Positions 54,819 to 64,000 of a DNA stretch of 64,000 nucleotides are shown piece by piece (the stretch's first letter is position 1; each line of letters opens with the position of its first letter). Under the pieces are notes generated by a model that worked only from the letters and a program-made list of their open reading frames with translations, did not search any database and was not told where the DNA came from. The stretch lies in IMG/VR virus record IMGVR_UViG_3300010352_001202; one strand, written 5' to 3'. Position numbers and translations under genes: made by a program. The stretch comes from a virus. Its lineage: Duplodnaviria; Caudoviricetes.

Positions 54819-55164
54819 TCTTAATAAGAATTAGATTCAAGTCTCCCTCATCCTCGACGTCGTGCTGCTGTTGTATCCACGCGTCGAGGATTTTCACGTC
54901 TGCATACCATAGCTGGTGAAACGGAAAATCGGCATACGACTTGCATTCTAGATTCCAATGCTTCCACGACTCCGGTGGGTGAATATCGCCTTTCTTACTT
55001 TGCACTTGTGCGCTGCCGAGTGTTTCTTTACGGAAGTTATTCTTACCACCGACAAAGGCGCCGGAAGATGGAATCCTAATAAATGTTTCTCCATAGGTTT
55101 CAGTTAGAAATTTTGAAACTTCTAATTCCCATGCATTTCCCTTAGCCTTGCTCTTACTGGGCAT
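54598..55164 (-). CDS. Holliday junction resolvase (Hjc-like PD-(D/E)xK)
   Basis: SKAKGNAWE..R..SG..GDI..LECK. Confidence 0.8.
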   Translation of the reverse strand: MPSKSKAKGNAWELEVSKFLTETYGETFIRIPSSGAFVGGKNNFRKETLGSAQVQSKKGDIHPPESWKHWNLECKSYADFPFHQLWYADVKILDAWIQQQHDVEDEGDLNLILIKISRKEKWVVYPQNLGFLADRYLPYKGWMFVEWDHFWSQQPNRDLVKKYSTEGTDLTDKISHQSSQQVPQTCLP

Positions 55165-55879
55165 CTAAATTTTCCTTTAATATGGCTTCTATATTTTGCC
55201 TATCTTTTTTAATAGCATAGTAAGTTCGTTCTCTTATGCCTGTCACATCTCTTATTTCTTTTCTAGATTTATTTTCGTCTAAGAGACGAAATATAGTGTT
55301 ATAGTATTCTTTTTGGCAGATTATCAAACTTATACTATGTTTTTTTCGTGCCTCACTAATATTTCTACGACCGTTTTCCGATTTAGGCTTTTTTAATGCA
55401 TTTCCTAAATTTTTCTTATGTTCTTTTGTTCGTGTAGTTTTTTTCACACCCCTATTACCGCAACCGTTTTTATTTCCAATTCTTGCCAGACTCATTTTGG
55501 CACGAGTTTCAGGACTTACTATTTGATTCTTATTTGCGATACTAAGTTTCTGTTTGTGCTCTTCAGTCTTAGGAACACCTTTTCGAACTTCGGATAATCT
55601 TTTTTTATGCCATCCGTATAGTTTATTGTTTCTTACTACGCCCTGAGTGGATTGGCACAGCATTAAGACGGCATAAATGAGATTTTTATTATCAGGATAT
55701 ATTTTTACAAGTAGCTGATGTGCTAAGAAATGTTCTTCTGGGGTAAGAATGGCAATGTTATTGTCGTCATCGGTCCCGTTCATACATTTTGGTATAATAT
55801 GATGTCTTTCGGTGTACCCTTCGATATGTCGTGTCTTTGATCTATTGATTAGTTGTTCGTATATTTTTCTATAGTTCAT
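55154..55879 (-). mobile_element. Free-standing HNH homing endonuclease with NUMOD3-like repeats
   Basis: ERHHIIPK..N..LTPEEH..AH; EEHKQKLS and ETRAKMS motifs. Confidence 0.85.
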
Positions 55880-55968
55880 AATAACACCTTTTTATTATTT
55901 ATCCTCTTTTTATACCATAACTATACACTTATGGATTATGGAGTGTAAGTAATTATAAAGGAGACACT

Positions 55969-56550
55969 ATGTACACAGTAGCATTTGAAAAGGCAGTCGA
56001 TCATGCGATGCTTTATGAAGTAGGTGGTTTTTGGAAATTAACCCCAGAAGTTGAGGCTGGCCTAATCGGAACCGCAGCGCAGAAAAAAGCTGTAGGATAT
56101 ACCAACGATCCACACGATAACGGTGGCGAGACAAAATTTGGAGTAGCAAAGAATGCTAACCTAGATCTCGACATTAAAAATTTAGACTGGAATGGTGCAA
56201 AAGAAGTGTACTATCGCCGTTATTGGGTCAACGGGTCTTGTGATAAGTTACCCGGTCGAATTGCTGTATTACATTTCGATGGTTGTGTAAATCACGGAGT
56301 AGGTCGTGCTAACAAATTTCTTCAAAGAGCCCTCAATGTCTCAGCCGACGGTGTAATTGGACCGGCAACATGCGCGAAGGCGAACGCTTCGGACGCAATT
56401 GATGTATGCAACGCAATCTGCGATCAGCGTACTCAATTCTATAAAGACATCGTTGCAAACAATCCAAGCCAGGGAAGATACTTAGGCGGATGGTTGCGAC
56501 GCATCGATGAAATGCGTGAATTTACATGTGATTTGACTAGAAATTTCTGA
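55969..56550 (+). CDS. Endolysin, glycoside hydrolase family 108 with peptidoglycan-binding domain
   Basis: NDPHDNGGETKFG, FD..VNHG, LQRAL..ADGVIGPAT, GWLRR. Confidence 0.9.
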   Translation: MYTVAFEKAVDHAMLYEVGGFWKLTPEVEAGLIGTAAQKKAVGYTNDPHDNGGETKFGVAKNANLDLDIKNLDWNGAKEVYYRRYWVNGSCDKLPGRIAVLHFDGCVNHGVGRANKFLQRALNVSADGVIGPATCAKANASDAIDVCNAICDQRTQFYKDIVANNPSQGRYLGGWLRRIDEMREFTCDLTRNF

Positions 56551-56568
56551 GAAAAATTACACAAATTG

Positions 56569-56592
56569 GGGCCTTCGGGCCCTTTTTACTTT
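56569..56592 (+). terminator. Intrinsic terminator with cUUCGg loop
   Basis: GGGCC-TTCG-GGCCC followed by TTTTT. Confidence 0.9.
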
Positions 56593-56605
56593 TGTGTCAA
56601 GATTG

Positions 56606-56635
56606 TTGACATGCTTAGGGCATCGTAGCTAAAAT
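56606..56635 (+). promoter_or_regulatory. Sigma70-type promoter with no downstream ORF
   Basis: TTGACA-18 bp-TAAAAT. Confidence 0.6.
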
Positions 56636-56636
56636 A

Positions 56637-57215
56637 GTGTAACAGCACATAAGACTGTTACACAAAAGCAAATCAAAAGATAGCGGGACTGACGCGCCCC
56701 GTGAACATATAAGATCCACAGCGTATAGGTTTTAACACATCAAAACTACAATTACACATAAAACCCAAATCTAATTTCAAATCCAACCCAAGCAAAATAT
56801 TTCTAACACAATTTAAGGTTGACGAGCCTAGTTAAAATTTCGTTGGCGGGTCGTTCGGAATGGAGCGCAACAGCCAGGACCAATGGGTGTGCATTGGCAA
56901 ACTTCAATGAACCATAGTTCTACCTATGTAGTAAGTGAAGTGAATTAAAAATTTGTTGCGGGTATGTGAACGAAAGGTATGGCCTGCAAGCGGTGTAGCA
57001 ACTGACTGAAGAGGAGCTACAAGAAGCCGCGAGGATGTATGGTGCCGAGCACCTTATCCCCCTAATAGGCCGCGTAAATGCGTGAAGTTGACATAAGCAA
57101 TCCAATACTTCAACAATAGTCTATTTCAGTCTCTGCGATGCAGTCAAGTATCAAAAAGAAGGGTATCGAAACAAGGTTACATTTTTTTATGATCTTGTTT
57201 CGATACCCTTTCTCT
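56637..57215 (+). ncRNA. Candidate ~580-nt structured non-coding RNA (or transcription-primed origin)
   Basis: ORF-free region bounded by a promoter plus 5' hairpin and a 17-bp perfect 3' hairpin, with several internal stems. Confidence 0.4.
57159..57214. terminator. Long hairpin, probable bidirectional terminator
   Basis: AAGGGTATCGAAACAAG / CTTGTTTCGATACCCTT. Confidence 0.7.
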
Positions 57216-57298
57216 GACTCCACCGTCAAGTATTTGAAAACAATCACATATTAACTGTGTTGTATCTAATGTGGGACGAACGAATAACGAAGCGGAGT

Positions 57299-57874
57299 TT
57301 ACGAAGCGAGTGTTTCGTGAAGTTCCCGGTCTGTAAGACCGTTTACTGTTTGATCAGTTCTCTTATAAATTCGCTTCGCGAGCTTAACAATGTCGCTATT
57401 TGTTGTTAAGGCAAATTCAGAATGTGGTTTGAGCTTAATACCAAATATGTCGTTACCGAAAGTTTCGACTCGAATGACACCTGTGAACTTCGTGAAGTGC
57501 AAAGTCATAAATGCGCTGAGTCTGAGCTCTAGTTCCCCTATAAGTGTGGGCAGTTCTTGCAATGATTCTGCGTCAAAATGACGGATCAATTTAACTTCGC
57601 CCTTCGCTAAGTAGATCTCGCTATACAGGTGTCGGCCTGCAGGCTTTTTTATGTATATAAAGCCGGGTTGTCGAAGGACTGCCTTACTTGTTTCAAGATT
57701 CATATTTAATTCTCTGTCTGGCAGAGAATCTACTTCGTAAGGACTCCACTTAATGCCTTGAGCATCTAAGAGTCTTGATAGGTCGTAGACCCAGCGGTGT
57801 TTAGAATATCGTTCCCAACATTCAATATCATCCTTAGGGATATCAAGATCATATGTGTCGTGTTTCTTTTGCAT
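57299..57874 (-). CDS. Hypothetical protein
   Basis: 191-aa ORF with AGGA RBS. Confidence 0.7.
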   Translation of the reverse strand: MQKKHDTYDLDIPKDDIECWERYSKHRWVYDLSRLLDAQGIKWSPYEVDSLPDRELNMNLETSKAVLRQPGFIYIKKPAGRHLYSEIYLAKGEVKLIRHFDAESLQELPTLIGELELRLSAFMTLHFTKFTGVIRVETFGNDIFGIKLKPHSEFALTTNSDIVKLAKRIYKRTDQTVNGLTDRELHETLAS

Positions 57875-57924
57875 GTTCTTTCCTTTGACTATTCGGGATG
57901 CCTTTATATGGCGATGGCACTCCT

Positions 57925-58356
57925 TTATTCCCCGGGGACCGGTATACCCTTCTTACCATTTGGTTTACCTTTTGCAGAATTAGAACCAAATATTCTGCCT
58001 TTTCTTTTAGATTCTACACCCTTCGTCGGTGATGGCGTTAGAGCGCATTGTTTTCTTACCCAATCATATTGTCTATTATTCAACCTATTTCCATATCTAT
58101 CGGTTCCCATGAGCATCGCCGCTTTAATCATTGAATGGTTATTTGGGTACATTCTTACTAAACACAAATGAGCAAACAGATGTTCTCTCGGAGTTAATAA
58201 TACAAGATTTGTTTCGTCATTAGTGCCACCAAGTGCCTTAGGTAAAATATGATGGCGTTCATAACAGACATATTTTTTATGATCTTTTTTGTACTTTTGC
58301 CTGCACTCAGATAATGCTCTCAATATGAGTTTATTATATATTCTTCTATAATCCAT
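57925..58356 (-). mobile_element. HNH homing endonuclease (short paralog of 55154-55879)
   Basis: ERHHILPKALGG..NLVLLTPREH..AH. Confidence 0.8.
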
Positions 58357-58357
58357 T

Positions 58358-58591
58358 TTACATATACTCTTTACCGCCCGGGTTCTGTTCCTTCATACGT
58401 TTGTTAATTACCTTAACAACGATTTCTCTATCTTCAAAACTCATACCCCACGCAGAATTCCATTCAATACCACCTTTCATAAAATAGCATAGATCAGCAA
58501 TTTGTTGCTTTAGAGCTATGCCATCTTTTACATAAGATTGTATTAGGTCACCCAATTCCTCAGGAGGCAGAAAAATCAAGGACCTTATGAA
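58358..58591 (-). CDS. Tail/baseplate assembly protein (gp51-like), probably made as a -1 frameshift extension of the upstream gene
   Basis: No ATG or RBS at its 5' end; -1 frame is open from the slippery site. Confidence 0.6.
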   Translation of the reverse strand, partial: FIRSLIFLPPEELGDLIQSYVKDGIALKQQIADLCYFMKGGIEWNSAWGMSFEDREIVVKVINKRMKEQNPGGKEYM

Positions 58592-59433
58592 AAATTTACG
58601 GGATTAAAATCAATTTCACTCTGCCATTCATGAGCACATTTTTCGCACTTCGCGGTAAATGTTCTCTTGATGCCAATTTGATTAATCTCGTCGATCAGGT
58701 CGCTGATTTTATCTACACTCTTCTTGTCGATGTTCATTAGGAAATCTTTAATAAACTTCTTGTCTGCAACATTAACGCCATCTGCTTCGTTTACAATTCT
58801 TACAATACCGTTGCACATTAGGTCAAATTTGGTTTGGCCAATTTCCTTGAACGCCTTATTGAAAATAAGCGATCTTTGCTCGTCTGTAATGCTGTCGTTG
58901 TCTACTGCGCGTGCAAGCTTATTTTGTTCAAATTGCGAGTGCAAACCTTTTAGCAATTCTGGAAACGAGTAGGGTTTTACGAAAACGCTAAGGCCGGAAT
59001 CCAAATTAATGACATAATCTGTTTCAAGCTTTGTCATGTTGTCTAGCGCAAACTGAAGATCTAATTTGTATGTATTTTCGGTTTGGCACTTTGGACACTT
59101 TAAGGTAGTTTCTAATGTGTCGTTATATGTAGCGTATCGAATAGCAGTAATAAGTGCATCGATGTCATTTGTTAGCAAAGCTTTGGGCTGTTTCAACGAT
59201 GGAACACAACTCAATAATACTTCGATCAAAGCCTCACCATTAAGTAATGCATCGGGGTTCTTTAGAGACAGTTCGTCCCTGCCAGTCATTGGCATTACAC
59301 CTACTTCTCCTTTTTCGGTGAACTGAATAACATCCGGTCCATAATAAGAAGTACCACTTGGCAGTTCGAGAAACAGTTTAAATGTTCTGAAATACTGCTT
59401 TAGTGGATTAGCCTGTTGTACAAATTGTTCCAT
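58585..59433 (-). CDS. Baseplate hub assembly protein / tail assembly chaperone (T4 gp26-like)
   Basis: NPLKQYFR..LPS..MTGRDE..DID..AIR..CPKC; second CxxC; ends NFS. Confidence 0.8.
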   Translation of the reverse strand: MEQFVQQANPLKQYFRTFKLFLELPSGTSYYGPDVIQFTEKGEVGVMPMTGRDELSLKNPDALLNGEALIEVLLSCVPSLKQPKALLTNDIDALITAIRYATYNDTLETTLKCPKCQTENTYKLDLQFALDNMTKLETDYVINLDSGLSVFVKPYSFPELLKGLHSQFEQNKLARAVDNDSITDEQRSLIFNKAFKEIGQTKFDLMCNGIVRIVNEADGVNVADKKFIKDFLMNIDKKSVDKISDLIDEINQIGIKRTFTAKCEKCAHEWQSEIDFNPVNFS

Positions 59434-59455
59434 AATTTTTCCTCTGAAAATACTT

Positions 59456-59493
59456 TGATAAATAGTATTTGATATCGTTTCTTTTATTTATCA
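59456..59493. promoter_or_regulatory. Pair of face-to-face late promoters TGATAAATA (+ 59456-59464; - 59485-59493)
   Basis: Lies between the divergent gp26-like and tape measure genes. Confidence 0.7.
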
Positions 59494-59515
59494 CGGGACT
59501 TAACCAACGAATTTT

Positions 59516-62500
59516 ATGGCTGATAATTCTGTCTTTATTACTGGCATTGCAGAGGGCACACTCAAGGAGGCGATTGAAGAATTGCCAGGCTGGGCTACGG
59601 AAGACACTGCCTTTAAGATTCAGAAATTACTTACCAGAAGTCTTGATACTCAGAACAAGACACTTGCACAAATTCTTAAAACTGCCTCAGCAGGCGGCAC
59701 TGGACTTACTCCAGACGACGTTAAGAAATTAAATAATGAAACCGATAAATGGCTCAAGAACCTTGTTGCGGCTAATGCCGAAGATAAGAAAAGAAAGAAA
59801 AACTTTAAAGACAAGGATAAGGACGATAAGGATAACTTATTTTCCTCTAAAAAACTTAGAACAACAACCGATAAACTCAACTATGTACTAACTGGATTAG
59901 CAACTATCGGTTCTAAGGTTATGAAAGTTGAGAATCAGTATATCGATACCTATGATGCCTTATACAAGTCGGGTATTAATGTTCTCAATGGAAATAATTC
60001 TACCGCAGATGGTTTTGAAGCACTTAACCAAATGGTTAACCTTACTGGTATTAGATTAGAAAATCTTCAAAAGGTTGCTGAAAAATATAGTGATACAATT
60101 AATGCTGCCGGAATGTTAAAATTTACCAAAGCGGTATCTGCATCGAGCAAAGCCTTAGTAAGCTTAGGATATAGTAGCACCGAACAGTTAGAGCTCATCG
60201 GGTCTATAATGGAAGCGGAACAAGGCTATACCGATGTTAGAAAAAAATCTTCAGAACAGATTGCCGATGATGCGCAAAGAATTGGTTCGCAGTTTAATAA
60301 ATTATCCCAGACTGTAGGATTAAACAGACAGCAGCTTTTGGATAATATGAAAACAAATGCAAGGTCGAACGATTCGACTCTTGTTGCTGCACGGTGGGGC
60401 GAACAGGCCGCTGAGAATGTAGCCAAGGCAGCAGCAGGACTTAAAGATCAAAACCTAGCGAAAATCTTTACACAGTTTGCAGCAGCATCGGATCCTGTGT
60501 ATACACAAGCGTTTAAGGACTTGAATGCTGCCGGCCTAGGCGACATCGCAACTCAATTTGCACAGTTAGGTAAAGATATGAAATATATCGATCCTACCGA
60601 ATTCCAAAAGAGGCTCGATGCGTTAACTAAGAATATTGATCCAAAACGGATTGCTGCATTAACCGATCAGCAAGCTGGTGGCAACCAAGCAGCTGACGCA
60701 GCAGTTTCGTTCATTAATATGGTTCAGCAACAATCCCGCAGAGTATCGGAAGCAACCGATGGGCAGCAGACAGCAGCGACAAAAACAGAAGCAGCAATTG
60801 CAGGATTACAAACTGAGGTAGAAAAATTATCTGCTGCCGGTCAGGCTGCGTTTTTTCCAATGATTGCACAGGTAAATGCTGTTACAGATGCAATGAAACT
60901 TCTTAACGATGCCATCTATAAGGTTATAGGCTCTATAAATGCAGAAACTCGCAGTTGGATTGGTGTCGGTCTTGTACTTGCGGGATTTACCGCAGGATTA
61001 TTGGTTGCGGTAAGATCTGTACGAACATTCTTTAGCCTATTTGGTAAAGGTCCTGGCATTATTTCTAAGGCATTTACCGGTATGGGCAAACTTATAATGT
61101 CTGCCGGTACCGGGGTTGCAAGTATGTTGCGCGGTGCAGGAACACTATTGATAAGAGGTATCAGCGGAATAGGAAATATGCTGAAACTTGCAGGATCTGC
61201 TATTCCTACAGTATTGCGTGGTGCCGGTAATTTAATCTCAAAAGCATTCTCTGGCGTAGGAAATCTTCTTAAGACAGCCGGATCGGCAGCATGGAATGCA
61301 GTTCGTGGTGTCGGTTCCGGAATAGCAAAAGGAATGGCCAGTGCAGGTACATGGATTATAGATGCACTAAAGGGCGTCGGTTCATGGGCTTCTTCGGCAT
61401 TTTCAAGACTTGTAGGAACTATTTCTAGTGCATTGAGATCGGCCGGCACCTGGATATTAGACGCATCAACCAAAGTTATGACTTTCGCCAAGGATGCATT
61501 AATGCGTTCGGTGTCGTGGATTGCTAACACCACAAAAAGTATCTTCTCAGCAGTAGGAAATTCATTAAAGGCAGCAGGTACATGGATTTCGGATGCAATT
61601 CGTGGATTAATTACTAACATTGGTAAAGCAGGATCTTGGGTAGGGAATGCAATTAAGGGTGCAGGTACCTGGATATCAAATTTAGCAAAATCAGTATTCT
61701 CGGGTGGTGCAAAACTACTTTCGAGTGCAGGTGAATGGATAGGTGGCGCCTTGAAGGGTGCCGGCCAATGGATAGCATCGGCTGTGAAATCTGTATTTGG
61801 CGGAGCATCTAAGTTTATCAGTGAAGGTGTCGGTTGGATTGGAAATGCCTTGAAATCTGGAGGCAATGCAATTGTTGGGTTCTTTAAGGGAGCAGGTGCT
61901 TGGATCATGAATGCCTTTAAGGGCGTGTTCGGCGAAGCCGCTGGATTTCTTGGTAGCATATTCAGTAAGATTGGCGGCGTAGTTGGGGAAGTTTTGCCGT
62001 TCATATCTAAGATCGGCGGCCTCGCACTTAGGTTTGCCGGGGTGTTGGGATGGCTATACACGGCGTTTGAAGTGGGCTGGGCAATTGGGACTAAATTGTA
62101 TGAAATAGTTTCTAAGTTCGATTGGGTTACAAGTGCATTTGATAAATTGTTCATCGGGCTAGATAAATTAATTTCTTATTTGCCGGGTCAAGTCGGTCGG
62201 GATGCACAGCAAAGACTAGATGTAAGAGAGAAGGCAGAAAAGGCATTGGTAAATGCACCGGCAGTGAAGAAGCCCGAGCAAATATCTGTTCCTAAGGCGC
62301 CAATGGCATCGACTATAAACAGTCCATCGGCAGTATCTGCTGATCCTACTAAGACACCGGCAGATACTGCACCACCGGCAGGTACCGAGCCGTCTAAGGC
62401 AACGGGGTCCGGGATAGAGAAGCCTGCCGAGACTTCTGACATAAATAACTTGCTCAGCTATCAAAGTACAATTCTTGAACAGATATTGTTAAGCACGAAT

Positions 62501-62551
62501 AGCTTAGTGTCAGTCAATAAGGATATCCTTAGATCTGCGAGAAACCAATAA
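59516..62551 (+). CDS. Tail tape measure protein
   Basis: 1011 aa, helical A/Q-rich N-half, ~11/22-residue Trp-periodic Gly/Ala repeats. Confidence 0.8.
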   Translation: MADNSVFITGIAEGTLKEAIEELPGWATEDTAFKIQKLLTRSLDTQNKTLAQILKTASAGGTGLTPDDVKKLNNETDKWLKNLVAANAEDKKRKKNFKDKDKDDKDNLFSSKKLRTTTDKLNYVLTGLATIGSKVMKVENQYIDTYDALYKSGINVLNGNNSTADGFEALNQMVNLTGIRLENLQKVAEKYSDTINAAGMLKFTKAVSASSKALVSLGYSSTEQLELIGSIMEAEQGYTDVRKKSSEQIADDAQRIGSQFNKLSQTVGLNRQQLLDNMKTNARSNDSTLVAARWGEQAAENVAKAAAGLKDQNLAKIFTQFAAASDPVYTQAFKDLNAAGLGDIATQFAQLGKDMKYIDPTEFQKRLDALTKNIDPKRIAALTDQQAGGNQAADAAVSFINMVQQQSRRVSEATDGQQTAATKTEAAIAGLQTEVEKLSAAGQAAFFPMIAQVNAVTDAMKLLNDAIYKVIGSINAETRSWIGVGLVLAGFTAGLLVAVRSVRTFFSLFGKGPGIISKAFTGMGKLIMSAGTGVASMLRGAGTLLIRGISGIGNMLKLAGSAIPTVLRGAGNLISKAFSGVGNLLKTAGSAAWNAVRGVGSGIAKGMASAGTWIIDALKGVGSWASSAFSRLVGTISSALRSAGTWILDASTKVMTFAKDALMRSVSWIANTTKSIFSAVGNSLKAAGTWISDAIRGLITNIGKAGSWVGNAIKGAGTWISNLAKSVFSGGAKLLSSAGEWIGGALKGAGQWIASAVKSVFGGASKFISEGVGWIGNALKSGGNAIVGFFKGAGAWIMNAFKGVFGEAAGFLGSIFSKIGGVVGEVLPFISKIGGLALRFAGVLGWLYTAFEVGWAIGTKLYEIVSKFDWVTSAFDKLFIGLDKLISYLPGQVGRDAQQRLDVREKAEKALVNAPAVKKPEQISVPKAPMASTINSPSAVSADPTKTPADTAPPAGTEPSKATGSGIEKPAETSDINNLLSYQSTILEQILLSTNSLVSVNKDILRSARNQ

Positions 62552-64000
62552 TGACATGGAAAAAATTCTTTAAGCCGGTAAATTCAGTTTTGCCGGTAGC
62601 GCAACGAGCAGTAGATAGCACTTCTGCTTATGCTTCAACGGCAAAATACAGCAATTGGTTGCCAGAAGTGTATTCCGGTCCACCAGATAGATTGCAGAGA
62701 TATGCGGTATACGATCAGATGAACTATGATCATGAAATTAGTGCTGCTCTTGATACTATTGCTGACTTTGGTACAGAACCCGATGAAGTAACAAAACTAC
62801 CACTTGTTATTAAATATAACGAAGACCCGACACCATCTGAAATTCAGATTTTAGAAAAGTCATTAGGGCAGTGGTGCAGATTAAATAAAATTTCTCGTCG
62901 CCTATGGAGAATGTTCCGTTCTACCCTAGTATACGGTGACCAATTCTTTATTCGTGATCCACAAACTTTTAAACTTTACTGGGTTGATCCTGCTAAAGTT
63001 GAAAAAGTTATTGTCAACGAAAGCGATGGTAAGAAAATTGAAAGTTATTTTATTAAGGATATTGACCTTAATATGAAGAGTCTTGTTGCAACAAACCAGT
63101 TGAACAAGATGTCTAACGAAGCATTTGGTTCCAATAGTATTGTATTCTCTCCGCCGATGCAAGGAAACATGAATTATGTATCCGGCGGTTACGGAGGTGC
63201 AGGTACAGCAAACTATCAAGATGGCGGCGCTACTGCTGTAGATGCCGAACATATTGTACAAATGTCCCTTACAGATGGCATGAACGCTGCGTGGCCCTTC
63301 GGGCTTAGTATCCTCGAGCAAATCTATAAGGTTTATAAGCAGAAAGAGTTATTAGAAGACGCCATCTTGATTTATCGTGTACACCGCGCTCCAGAGCGTC
63401 GTGTATTCTTTATTGATGTTGGTACGATGCCTCCTAACAAAGCGCAGCAATACCTCGAGCGCATTCGTTATGAAGTACAGCAAAAGCGTATTCCAAGTAG
63501 AACTGGCGGCGGCGCTAATGTGGTGGATTCGACATATAATCCTATGTCTATCTTGGAAGATTATTTCTTCGCTGTAACAAGTGAAGGACGCGGTTCGAAA
63601 GTCGAAGTATTACCCGGTGGTGAAAATCTTGGTGACATTGATGATTTGCGTTATTTCAATAACAAGATGCTTCGAGCACTAGGTGTTCCTAGTTCGTATT
63701 TGCCGACAGGTCCGGAGGACGGAACATCTGCTGTAACAGACGGCAGAGTAGGTACAGCATTTATTCAAGAATTTAGATTTGCTAAAGTTGTTACTCGTTA
63801 TCAACAGCAAGCAATTGAACCAATAGATATGGAATTTAAGTTGTTCTTAAAATTCCGAGGAATAACAATTGACAATAGTCTCTTTGAACTTAGTTTCACA
63901 GAACCACAATCGTTCTCAGAGTATCGTAAACTTGAACTTGATTCAGCACGTATCAATACGTTTACTGCACTTATGGATGTTCCTTATGTTTCTAAGAGAT
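62551..64000 (+). CDS. Portal protein (T4 gp20-like), truncated by window end; not in ORF track
   Basis: ATG 62551 (TAATG overlap); IYRVHRAPERRVFFIDVG..EDYFF..GRGSKVEVLPGGENLG. Confidence 0.95.
   Translation, partial: MTWKKFFKPVNSVLPVAQRAVDSTSAYASTAKYSNWLPEVYSGPPDRLQRYAVYDQMNYDHEISAALDTIADFGTEPDEVTKLPLVIKYNEDPTPSEIQILEKSLGQWCRLNKISRRLWRMFRSTLVYGDQFFIRDPQTFKLYWVDPAKVEKVIVNESDGKKIESYFIKDIDLNMKSLVATNQLNKMSNEAFGSNSIVFSPPMQGNMNYVSGGYGGAGTANYQDGGATAVDAEHIVQMSLTDGMNAAWPFGLSILEQIYKVYKQKELLEDAILIYRVHRAPERRVFFIDVGTMPPNKAQQYLERIRYEVQQKRIPSRTGGGANVVDSTYNPMSILEDYFFAVTSEGRGSKVEVLPGGENLGDIDDLRYFNNKMLRALGVPSSYLPTGPEDGTSAVTDGRVGTAFIQEFRFAKVVTRYQQQAIEPIDMEFKLFLKFRGITIDNSLFELSFTEPQSFSEYRKLELDSARINTFTALMDVPYVSKR

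Noticed and set aside
56965-57025. Hammerhead ribozyme (CGAAA ... CTGAAGAG)
   Set aside because: I could not build stems I and II around the core, and the cleavage-site nucleotide would be G.
56640-57230. tmRNA, RNase P RNA, tRNA or group I intron
   Set aside because: No T-arm/acceptor stem before CTCCACC, no GAGGAAAGUCC, no matching P7 pair and no interrupted gene.
60916-62154. 412-aa antisense ORF
   Set aside because: Shadow of the repetitive Gly/Ala-rich tape measure gene; no RBS or recognisable motif.
62926-63577. ORF-track calls 62926-63321 (-) and 63377-63577 (+)
   Set aside because: Both lie within the portal gene reading frame that starts at 62551 and runs off the window.

Overview
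64 kb of a large T4-superfamily (jumbo-type) myovirus genome in the standard genetic code. Layout: (1) 1-1900 is a GC-rich segment of small genes, each behind a near-identical sigma70-type promoter cassette, plus a perfect 95-bp tandem duplication. (2) 2000-8974 is an AT-rich, translationally coupled array of 32 paralogous 52-104 aa genes. They have hypervariable N-termini, a central Trp and a shared C-terminal EDAxAFKLxFGL-type motif; six of them are absent from the ORF track. (3) 9-13 kb holds accessory genes (Imm-like protein, DEDDh exonuclease). (4) 13.4-25.5 kb is a glycan synthesis/modification cluster (carbamoyltransferase, nucleotidyltransferase, HAD, GDPD-like, two SGNH, radical SAM, methyltransferase, three GT-A glycosyltransferases). 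(5) 25.5-50.2 kb is a tail/baseplate module (3759-aa repeat-containing wedge protein, gp6, gp25, gp5-lysozyme, gp53- and gp48/54-like). (6) 50.3-56.6 kb has a gp55-like sigma factor, gp47/gp46, a resolvase, an HNH endonuclease and a GH108 endolysin. (7) A ~600-nt promoter-driven, hairpin-rich non-coding region follows. (8) The window ends with a second HNH gene, a gp26/gp51-like pair joined by a predicted -1 frameshift, the tape measure gene and the 5' part of the portal gene. The recurring late-promoter candidate is TGATAAATA. The top candidate for an undescribed system is the 32-gene paralog array. All assignments come from reading motifs by eye; no database searches were run.
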